From a virus (Duplodnaviria > Caudoviricetes): a stretch of DNA of 40,603 nucleotides. The position numbers and the translations under genes are program-made. Numbering within the stretch: the first letter of the stretch is position 1; each line of letters opens with the position of its first letter. The notes beneath the pieces were generated by a model. That model searched no databases. It saw only the letters and a program-made list of their open reading frames with translations, and was not told where the DNA came from. Shown piece by piece: positions 15,622-22,289 of the stretch. The stretch is taken from IMG/VR virus record IMGVR_UViG_3300049780_000003, positions 1 to 40,603 of that record, one strand, 5' to 3'.

Positions 15622-15786
15622 GTGCGGCCACATGGGGACTGGGTGCCGGTCAGAACGGTGCGCGTCCCCGACGAACTCTGGGAGGCGGCGAAGCGTGTCG
15701 CCGCCGACAACGACGAGACGGTCACCGACGTGATCATCCGGGCACTGGAGCGCTACGTCCGCCTGCACCCGCTCGACGAGGACTAG
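15622..15786 (+). CDS. Ribbon-helix-helix DNA-binding protein (54 aa)
   Basis: Not in the ORF track. ..PVRTVRVPDELWEAAKRVAADNDETVTDVIIRALERYV. Its stop overlaps the integrase stop (CTAG). Confidence 0.8.
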   Translation: MRPHGDWVPVRTVRVPDELWEAAKRVAADNDETVTDVIIRALERYVRLHPLDED

Positions 15787-16988
15787 CCGCCGGGGTTGAG
15801 CATCCCGGCGACGTTCTGGAGGGCCTCGCGGACCCGCGGCGACTGCTTCAGGTGGAGGTAGGACTCGACGAGCTTGGACTGACCGAGGATGGCGGCGATG
15901 ATGGCGGGCTCGGTGCCGGCCTCATGCAGCAGCGTCGCCGTGGTGTGCCGCGCCTCGTGCACGGTGTAGAAGCGCCCGGAGGGGTGGTGGACGTCGGCGG
16001 CCTGCTGGAGCCCGTACCACTCGTCGTCGTCGGTCTTGCTGGAGCACGGCGCGCCGTTGGCGAGCGGCCAGACGAGTCCGGCGGGGTTCTCGGGGCAGTC
16101 GTCGCGCCACGCCTCCAGCGAGGTCTGCATCCACGGCACCATCGGGATCACCCGCTCGCCGGCCTTGGACTTGGGGCGCACCAGATGGAGGCGACCGCGG
16201 ACCTGGTGGACCTCGTAGCCGTCGGGGATGCGGAACCCGGAGGCCCGGTCGCGTGGCACCCGGTACGGGAGTGGCTGGAGCTGCCACGACAGGCGGATCT
16301 CGCCGCGGGTGAAGTCGACGGCGGGCCAGGTGAGCCCGAGGCACTCGCCCTGTCGCATGCCCTGGAGGAAGGCGGCCACCCACCGGGACGCCTGGGGAGT
16401 GTCGGCGGCGACCTCGAGGATGGCGACGGCCTCGTCGACGCTCATGGCGGCGCGATCGCTTACCGCCTTCTCTGGTCGGTCACCGTTGAGGACGCGCTCG
16501 GTGACGGGGTAGCCCTCGACCTGGGCAGCTCGCAGCAGCGACATCAGCACCGAGTGGGTGCGGAGCTGCGTGGAGGTGGATCGGCTGGCGTCGCGCTGCG
16601 CGTTCGCGACGGCCCGGACGTGCGCCGGTGCGAGCGCGTCGAACCGGACGTGCCCGATGGTGGGGATGATCCAGCGGTTGACCGCCGAGCGGGTGGCGTT
16701 GAAGGCGTTCGGTCGCAGGCGGCGCTCCTGGAGCTCGAGCCAGGTGCCCGCCCAGGTCTTCACCGTGTCGCGTGAACTGACGTCGGTGGCGCCGGTCAGG
16801 GCGAGGGCGCGCTGCTTGTCGCGGAGCCGCTTCCTGGCCAGATCCTCGGTCTTGCCGCTGACCTGGATTCGACGGCGCTTGCCGTTCGGGTAGGTGCCAG
16901 CGGGGACGGCCCCGATCCACATGCCGTCCGACCGCCGATACACGCTGCCGGTCCCGTACTCGCGTCGCCGCCGCTGCTTCCTCGTCAC
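15783..16988 (-). CDS. int: Tyrosine integrase
   Basis: Arm-binding N-terminus (GTGSVYRR..W), GMRQGECLGL, PKS, HEARHT, ILGQS..ESY. Adjacent to attP. Confidence 0.95.
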   Translation of the reverse strand: MTRKQRRRREYGTGSVYRRSDGMWIGAVPAGTYPNGKRRRIQVSGKTEDLARKRLRDKQRALALTGATDVSSRDTVKTWAGTWLELQERRLRPNAFNATRSAVNRWIIPTIGHVRFDALAPAHVRAVANAQRDASRSTSTQLRTHSVLMSLLRAAQVEGYPVTERVLNGDRPEKAVSDRAAMSVDEAVAILEVAADTPQASRWVAAFLQGMRQGECLGLTWPAVDFTRGEIRLSWQLQPLPYRVPRDRASGFRIPDGYEVHQVRGRLHLVRPKSKAGERVIPMVPWMQTSLEAWRDDCPENPAGLVWPLANGAPCSSKTDDDEWYGLQQAADVHHPSGRFYTVHEARHTTATLLHEAGTEPAIIAAILGQSKLVESYLHLKQSPRVREALQNVAGMLNPGG

Positions 16989-17113
16989 CGGAACCTACTG
17001 TAGCCATTCCTGTAGCCATGTGTAGCCATGGCTACACCCCCTCTAACGTAAAGAATCACGCCCATTTGAGCGTGATCCGGCCCCTTCCAGGCGTACTCAT
17101 GCTAGCATCCGTT

Positions 17114-17162
17114 TTCACTCGTAATGAATAGGTCGTCGGTTCGATTCCGACAGGCGGCTCCA
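17114..17162 (+). pseudogene. 3' half of tRNA-Thr(CGT), the attP common core
   Basis: TTCA-CTCGTAA-TGAA anticodon arm (CGT at 17120-17122), GTCGG-TTCGATT-CCGAC T arm, AGGCGGC-T-CCA end. No matching 5' half upstream. Confidence 0.9.
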
Positions 17163-17179
17163 CGGATTCACGCTCAGCA

Positions 17180-17197
17180 GCACCTCTCGGGGGGTGC
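17180..17197 (+). terminator. Hairpin downstream of the tRNA fragment
   Basis: GCACCTC-TCGG-GGGGTGC stem-loop with no U tract. Confidence 0.4.
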
Positions 17198-17277
17198 AGC
17201 GGTGGGGGTAGGTGTAGCCATTACTGTAGCCAATGGGCTCGGAATCGGGACGGCGGTCGCTACCGAAAGGCACCACC

Positions 17278-17628
17278 GTGAAGAAGCTCGCCACCCTGCT
17301 CGCCGTCACCGCCGCGACCATCGGCCTCACCGCCGCCCCGTCCTCGGCGCTCACCCAGCAGGACATCAAGTTCACCGGCCCGCAGTTCGCAGCCGAGGGC
17401 ACGTCGCATCCGGTCACCGTGTCGGGGTACTACGACGGCCAGCCCGGCACTGCGACTGTGATCGGCGATCCGGCCGTGTGTTCGCTGACTCCGACGGGGC
17501 CGGGTGCGTACACGCTGACCCTTCACGTTGTCGCGGGTTCGGGCTACAACCAGTGCACCCTGGCTACGCGCGTCCCCGCCGGCCAGTTCGATGCGGCCGA
17601 CTCGCGGTGGTACACCTACTCCTACTGA
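17278..17628 (+). CDS. Secreted beta-rich protein (moron)
   Basis: GAAAGG RBS, GTG 17278. Sec signal MKKLATLLAVTAATIGLTAAPSSA, two Cys in the mature part. Confidence 0.75.
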   Translation: MKKLATLLAVTAATIGLTAAPSSALTQQDIKFTGPQFAAEGTSHPVTVSGYYDGQPGTATVIGDPAVCSLTPTGPGAYTLTLHVVAGSGYNQCTLATRVPAGQFDAADSRWYTYSY

Positions 17629-17758
17629 CCTTGCGGGGGGACGGTGCGCCTCGTCGTCGGCGTTTGTGTCGGCGGCGGGGCGTACCCTCGGAACGACGAA
17701 AGATGCCCCGGCCGCGTGTGGGCGACCGGGGCTGGCAATCCGATTGGAGCGGATCACC

Positions 17759-17944
17759 ATGAGCAACGATAGCGACCTCTATACGCTGGCCGAGGCGGAC
17801 CGCGAGTTGCGCCGCCGCACTTGCGAGACGAATGGGCATGACTTCGCCTTTCAGCCTCGTCGGTTGTCCGAGGAAGCGCCTGCGGGGATCACGTGCATGC
17901 GCTGCGGTTGGATGGGGTCGATCGTGATGGACGAGAAGCCGTGA
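17759..17944 (+). CDS. Small Zn-binding hypothetical protein (61 aa)
   Basis: GGAG RBS, C...GHDF..CMRCG. Confidence 0.65.
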   Translation: MSNDSDLYTLAEADRELRRRTCETNGHDFAFQPRRLSEEAPAGITCMRCGWMGSIVMDEKP

Positions 17945-18273
17945 CCACCGCTACGACTTCTCTCGCCGCGTGGCTGCTCGCCCAGATCGAGGCCGACGAA
18001 GCGTGGGCGCGGGCTGCGGCTGCTGAAGGGTTCGTGTTCACGGCACCATCCGGTGGGAAGGTTGCCATCGTCCCCGTAGGCCACGTCCTGGCGACCTGCG
18101 CGGCCCACCGCCGCATCGTGGAGTTGCACGTCGCAGACATCGACCCGAACTGGGACCCGGCGTGCAGCGAAGACGACTACGGGCTGCGCACGCCCGACGA
18201 GTGCCAGGAACTCCGCGCGCTCGCATCCATCTACGCCGACCGCGCCGGCTGGCGAGAGGAGTGGACGCTGTGA
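17941..18273 (+). CDS. DUF6221-like hypothetical protein
   Basis: LAAWLLAQIEADE..VLATCAAHRRIVELH..C..LRALASIYADRAGWREEW. Confidence 0.7.
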   Translation: MTTATTSLAAWLLAQIEADEAWARAAAAEGFVFTAPSGGKVAIVPVGHVLATCAAHRRIVELHVADIDPNWDPACSEDDYGLRTPDECQELRALASIYADRAGWREEWTL

Positions 18274-18494
18274 GCGACTTCTCTGACCTCAGGTACTCCT
18301 ACGACCCCACCCCGGACCCACCACCCCCTGAGGCTGGTGTGGGCGAGGGCTGGATCCTGTGGCGCGATCCTAAGACGGGCGTGGCGATGGGCGCTCGGTG
18401 CGCGAACATCGCCGATGGTGACGGCAGCGGAACCATCGTCCAGACCGGGCTACCTGAGCAGGTGCCCGAGGAATGGCTGCCGCAGTTGCCCTAG
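18270..18494 (+). CDS. Hypothetical protein (74 aa)
   Basis: GTGA overlap and GGAG RBS. Confidence 0.55.
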   Translation: MSDFSDLRYSYDPTPDPPPPEAGVGEGWILWRDPKTGVAMGARCANIADGDGSGTIVQTGLPEQVPEEWLPQLP

Positions 18495-18502
18495 AACGTG
18501 CG

Positions 18503-18534
18503 AAACCGCCCGCCCCCGAGAAGGAGGCGGGCGG
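18503..18534 (-). terminator. Intrinsic terminator of the late operon, possibly bidirectional
   Basis: Minus strand CCGCCCGCCTCC-TTCTC-GGGGGCGGGCGG-TTT between convergent genes. Confidence 0.65.
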
Positions 18535-18558
18535 CAGTGCGCGAGCAGGGGTCGAGCG

Positions 18559-18765
18559 CTACTCGCGCACGATGTGGCGGTGCAGAGCTACGGCGCCGAC
18601 CGCGAGGCCGACGGTGAACGCGGCCTTGCCGTGGCGATGGCGATAGACGGCATCCCGGACGACCTCCGACAGCGTGTCGGCGTCCGCTTCGCCGCGGGAG
18701 CGCAGGTAGTCGAGCACCCCGAGATAGCCGATGGCTAGTGCCCACTCGATCGGCGGGCTCTGCAT
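18559..18765 (-). CDS. Small membrane protein, last gene of the lysis region
   Basis: 68 aa, two hydrophobic segments around DTLSE. Confidence 0.7.
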   Translation of the reverse strand: MQSPPIEWALAIGYLGVLDYLRSRGEADADTLSEVVRDAVYRHRHGKAAFTVGLAVGAVALHRHIVRE

Positions 18766-18768
18766 GGC

Positions 18769-19053
18769 CTAGCTGAGGTTGATCACGCGGAGGGCGTCGA
18801 GCAGCCAGAGCACCAGCGCCACGCCGGCGAGCGCGAGCACGATGGTGTAGAGCGTCGCGTTTCCCTGGTCGTCACGGTGGGCGGGCTGCGCGGCGTTGGG
18901 CGTGGCCCAGGTGGCGAACGCGGTGGCGATCACCGCGACCACGGTCAGCACCTTGCCGACGTCGGAGTCGGCGGTGTAGACGCCGAGCAGGGCGGTGGCG
19001 ATGGCACCGAACAGGGCGACGTATGCCTTGGCGGTCTCGGGGATGGCGGTCAT
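18769..19053 (-). CDS. Holin (3 TM)
   Basis: ATG 19053 with AAGGAG RBS. AKAYVALFGAIATALL..VLTVVAVIATAFATWATPN plus a third TM segment. Confidence 0.75.
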   Translation of the reverse strand: MTAIPETAKAYVALFGAIATALLGVYTADSDVGKVLTVVAVIATAFATWATPNAAQPAHRDDQGNATLYTIVLALAGVALVLWLLDALRVINLS

Positions 19054-19763
19054 GGCTTCTCCTTGATGGTGTAGCGGAACCGGGCGGCGAGCCCTTGGTG
19101 TCGCAGGTCGCGCCCGACGCCGACCTTGGGCAGGTGCCAGGTCTTGACCGGCACGAGGCCGCGGGAGGCGTACATCCGCTCGAGGCCGCGGCCGAACACG
19201 ACGCGGATGCCGCGGACTACGGCGAACCGGAGCCGTGCGGGCAGCGAGTTGAAGTCGCCCTCGCACAGGAACTCCTCGCCTGCGGCCAGCGCCTTCTTCA
19301 TCTCGCGGATGGTGATCTTGCGCGCCCTGGCGGCGAGCCGAGCTCGACCGGCGGTCCAGCGGTCGCGGCGGCCGGCGGGCTTCCACGAGTTGATCCACCA
19401 TGTGAAGATCACCCGGACGATCAGCCCGGTCGCGCGATGGCGGAGCCGCTTGACGTGCACGAAGCGGGCGGGGGTGCGGATGCCGTCGGGGACCGAAGGG
19501 TCGCCCTTGCCGGAGCCGTGGATGCGGTGAGACTCGACGGGGCCGAGGCTCTGCCACTCGTCGGTGTCCCAGCAGACCGCCTGGTGCCGGTCGTGCTCGG
19601 GGACCTCGATGCGCCACGTCTCCGGGACGCTGCGGAGCAGGGTGACCCGGTCGACCTCTTGGGCGACGAAGATCCCGAGGCTGCGGGCGGCGGCGGGGAT
19701 GCCCGCTTCTGTTAGGTTCTGGCCGCCAAAGTCGAAGAGGACCGTGGCGACGGGGCGGCTCAT
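19050..19763 (-). CDS. Endonuclease/exonuclease/phosphatase (EEP)-fold protein, divergent
   Basis: ATG 19763. FVAQEV, AVCWD, CEGDFN and C-terminal RH occur in EEP order. Confidence 0.65.
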   Translation of the reverse strand: MSRPVATVLFDFGGQNLTEAGIPAAARSLGIFVAQEVDRVTLLRSVPETWRIEVPEHDRHQAVCWDTDEWQSLGPVESHRIHGSGKGDPSVPDGIRTPARFVHVKRLRHRATGLIVRVIFTWWINSWKPAGRRDRWTAGRARLAARARKITIREMKKALAAGEEFLCEGDFNSLPARLRFAVVRGIRVVFGRGLERMYASRGLVPVKTWHLPKVGVGRDLRHQGLAARFRYTIKEKP

Positions 19764-19879
19764 CGCTGCAGCTCGCAGTGGTCGACGTACTGATGCACCA
19801 GGCGGTACGACGGGACGATCCGCTGACCGCAGTACCGGCACCGCTCCCCGAGAAGGCGGGCAAGGAGCCGGCGGACCAT
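19760..19879 (-). CDS. C2H2-like zinc-finger micro-protein (39 aa)
   Basis: Not in the ORF track. MVRRLLARLLGERCRYCGQRIVPSYRLVHQYVDHCELQR, with TAATG and ATGA overlaps. Confidence 0.6.
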   Translation of the reverse strand: MVRRLLARLLGERCRYCGQRIVPSYRLVHQYVDHCELQR

Positions 19880-20505
19880 TACTCCCGGTGCTCCTCACGC
19901 ACCACGGCGGGCGCGTTCGACGCCTGCCTGAGCGCCTGCTCGACGGCGAGCCGGGGCTCACCCTTCTTGGAGATGTCGGCGCGCAGGAGCGCCTTCACCA
20001 CGTCGCCCACCAGGGCATCGCGGTCCTTCTCGGGCCAGTCGGTGTAGGGCATGTCGTCGTCCTCCTTGTGGCTCATCACGAACCAGGGGCGGGTGGAGTC
20101 GAAGCCCGACGGGTCGAGCGCGACAGAGATGTGCAGGTGGTGGTCGTGCGGGTTGGAGCCCGTGTAGGGGCGCCAACCCTCGTTGCGGCGGTCGAAGGAG
20201 AAGATGCGGCGTTGCCAGATGACGTAGGCACCGGAGCGGCAGGCGGGGTGTCCGCCGACCGCGATCAGTGCGGCGAGCGCCTTGGCGAGCTCGTTGCAGT
20301 CGAGGCCGCCGCCGAGGTCGTGGGTGAAGTCGCGGGCGCGGACGATGCCCTGGCCGCCGAACGTGACCCAGGGGTTGTGGTCGCTGTCCCTCGTCGCGTG
20401 TGCGGCATCGCCGATCGAGCCGTCGCTGATCTTGGAGCGGAGTGGCGCCGCGGCGTTGATCTCGTCGAGCAGGACGTCGAGCGAGCGGGCTACGCGCCAG
20501 GACAT
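19879..20505 (-). CDS. Endolysin, Zn-peptidase (LAS/M15-like) type
   Basis: GGAGG RBS and ATG 20505. SDGSIGDAAH..SDHNP..VRARD..YVIW..WRPYTGSNPHDHHLHIS. Confidence 0.8.
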   Translation of the reverse strand: MSWRVARSLDVLLDEINAAAPLRSKISDGSIGDAAHATRDSDHNPWVTFGGQGIVRARDFTHDLGGGLDCNELAKALAALIAVGGHPACRSGAYVIWQRRIFSFDRRNEGWRPYTGSNPHDHHLHISVALDPSGFDSTRPWFVMSHKEDDDMPYTDWPEKDRDALVGDVVKALLRADISKKGEPRLAVEQALRQASNAPAVVREEHRE

Positions 20506-20562
20506 GGGGCCTCCATGGGAGATCAGCCGCGCGAGGCGGAGCCGGATGCGGTGGATGGGCGT

Positions 20563-20680
20563 TGCTCCCCCTCGCGGAATCGAACCGCTCACGGATTCCT
20601 GCACGACGCTGGTGAACGGCGATCAACCCGTCACCGTCCGCGCCTCCCAAGCAGGTCCGCTATCGCCACCAGGCGGGGGC
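20563..20680 (-). ncRNA. tRNA-like structured element upstream of the endolysin
   Basis: T arm GCGG-TTCGATT-CCGC (20588-20574). 5' GCCCCC can pair imperfectly with 3' GGGGGAGC. A long interrupted helix replaces the anticodon arm. Confidence 0.5.
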
Positions 20681-20695
20681 TAGGTCAGTGGATGG

Positions 20696-21103
20696 TCAGG
20701 GGCGCTGCTTGAGCCGCGACACCTCGGCCTCGAGCTCGGTCACCCGGACCTTCAGCCGCTCGTTCTCGGTCTTGAAGTGCCGCTTCTCGGCCCGCTCCTT
20801 GCGCAGCTCGGCGGACAGCTCGGCGATCCGAGCGTCGGTGTCGGCGCGGTACTGCTCGTGGTCGGCGCGCATCTCTTCCATCGCCTTGTCCATGCGCTTG
20901 AACTGCTCTTCGAGCGTCTCGGCGACCAGCGCGATCGTGCCCTGCGCGATGTTCAGGGTGCCTTGCGCGACGTTGATGTTCCCCTCGGCGACGTCCACGC
21001 CGACCCGCTCGCGCTGCCCCGGCTTGTACTTGAAGTACGCGAGTAGCGCGCCCAGGGTGGCGGCGGCTGCGATGGAGTAGGAGGTGACCTGTGCCCACTC
21101 CAC
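20696..21103 (-). CDS. Membrane-anchored coiled-coil protein
   Basis: N-terminal TM then long heptad repeats, upstream of the lysin. Confidence 0.75.
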   Translation of the reverse strand: MEWAQVTSYSIAAAATLGALLAYFKYKPGQRERVGVDVAEGNINVAQGTLNIAQGTIALVAETLEEQFKRMDKAMEEMRADHEQYRADTDARIAELSAELRKERAEKRHFKTENERLKVRVTELEAEVSRLKQRP

Positions 21104-21106
21104 GGG

Positions 21107-21589
21107 TCACTCACCGCCCTGGTTGAGGTCCACGGTGGGTTCGGCGATCACTATGTAGACGCGGATCAGCAGCGCGGCCAGGAACCCCGCGCGGATGGCG
21201 ATGCCCAGCCCGGAGACGATGGACTCGTGCAGCCCAACCGTGTCGGCGAGGACCGCGGTCAGGTTCAACCCGAGGCAGCCGATCAGCAGGAACAGCCCGA
21301 TGAGCTCGGCCTGTAGGCGCCGCCTGCCCGCCGACAGCATCCCGCACATCAGGACCGAGGTGCCGAGCAGCAGCGCGTAGTGCCAGACGTGGTGCACGAT
21401 GCCGCGCTGCTCGAACGAGACGGGCGCGTGTTCGAGCGCCTCGGGCCAGATGGTGAACACGATGGCGGTCAGCCACAGCGCGAACGCGAGGCAGAACTGG
21501 AACGGCTGCAGCAGCAGGACGCTGCGCGGGTTGCGGATGGTGATGGTGCCCCGCAGGACCGGGAAGTCGGCACCGGGAGAGTGGTTCAC
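21107..21589 (-). CDS. 4-TM membrane protein
   Basis: Four hydrophobic helices, GTGA overlap. Confidence 0.75.
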   Translation of the reverse strand: MNHSPGADFPVLRGTITIRNPRSVLLLQPFQFCLAFALWLTAIVFTIWPEALEHAPVSFEQRGIVHHVWHYALLLGTSVLMCGMLSAGRRRLQAELIGLFLLIGCLGLNLTAVLADTVGLHESIVSGLGIAIRAGFLAALLIRVYIVIAEPTVDLNQGGE

Positions 21590-21786
21590 CCCCGATCACC
21601 GGGCCAGAACACGGCGATGGCGGTGAGGACGAAGACGACGATGAGCATGTCGGAGCCCGCGTGCGAGACGGCGCCCCACAGCTCGAAGTCGTCGCCGCCG
21701 ACGCGGCGATAGGTGTAGTCGTGGCCGGCGGTGAGGATCAGGCCCGCGACGAACAGGGTGACGGGTAAGTGGAAGCGTCTGGGCAT
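21586..21786 (-). CDS. 2-TM membrane protein
   Basis: 66 aa, GAGGAG RBS. Confidence 0.65.
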   Translation of the reverse strand: MPRRFHLPVTLFVAGLILTAGHDYTYRRVGGDDFELWGAVSHAGSDMLIVVFVLTAIAVFWPGDRG

Positions 21787-21886
21787 TCGCGGGCTCCTCG
21801 CGATCGGCTCTGGCGTGTCGCGCCTCGGCTAGGGGATGGTCCTTGCAGGCGATCGGCGGCCGGTGCAGTCGGCCCGTCGTCGCTTA

Positions 21887-21909
21887 GGGCGCCGGGGCTC
21901 CCGGCGCCC
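21887..21909. terminator. Perfect 10-bp hairpin after the tail genes
   Basis: GGGCGCCGGG-GCT-CCCGGCGCCC, no U tract. Confidence 0.45.
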
Positions 21910-21917
21910 GCTCAATG

Positions 21918-22277
21918 TCAGGTGCCGTCGGTGGTGTCGAGCAGCCCGAGCGCGAGGCGGATCAGCCCCGAGCACTCCCGGGTCAGCACCTTGACCTGCG
22001 CGAGCGTCTGCGCGTTCGTGGGCGAGGCGAGCGCGAGGAAGGCGTTGTTCGCGGCTAGCGCGTTGGCGGCGCGCTGTTCGAGGGTGGCGCGGTTGGCATC
22101 CTCGTCGACGGCCACGTGCGCGTCGACGGCGGACTGGAGCGCGGCGTTGGTGACACCACTCTCGTAGCAGGTGACCTCGGTGGTTTCGGCGGTGGCCGTA
22201 GCGCCGAGGTTCTTGCCGCCCATCTCACGGGACAGTTGTCCGAGGTTGATCTGTTTGCTGGTCGTGACCGAAGCCAT
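21918..22277 (-). CDS. Tail fibre-associated hypothetical protein, possible chaperone
   Basis: 119 aa immediately after the fibre gene. Confidence 0.55.
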   Translation of the reverse strand: MASVTTSKQINLGQLSREMGGKNLGATATAETTEVTCYESGVTNAALQSAVDAHVAVDEDANRATLEQRAANALAANNAFLALASPTNAQTLAQVKVLTRECSGLIRLALGLLDTTDGT

Positions 22278-22289
22278 GACGGTTACCCC

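Larger units (their letters stand above)
16999..17233. other. attP: attP with arm-type repeats
   Basis: TGTAGCCAT at 16999, 17011, 17021 and 17213, TGTAGCCAA at 17225, inverted ATGGCTACA at 17028. These flank the tRNA-derived core. Confidence 0.9.

Noticed and set aside
17114-17162. Functional phage tRNA-Thr gene
   Set aside because: Only the 3' half is present, with no 5' acceptor strand or D arm. It is the attP core.
14818-17162. Integration-dependent immunity (attP inside the repressor gene)
   Set aside because: attP is about 2 kb away from the repressor, which has its own stop at 15090.
16999-17233. CRISPR-like array from the TGTAGCCAT repeats
   Set aside because: Repeats are 9 bp with no regular spacers and no cas operon. 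They fit integrase arm sites.
21790-21880. HDV-like ribozyme suggested by CTCCTCGCG
   Set aside because: The flanks cannot form P3/P1, and the motif is the reverse complement of the GAGGAG RBS of the 21786 gene.
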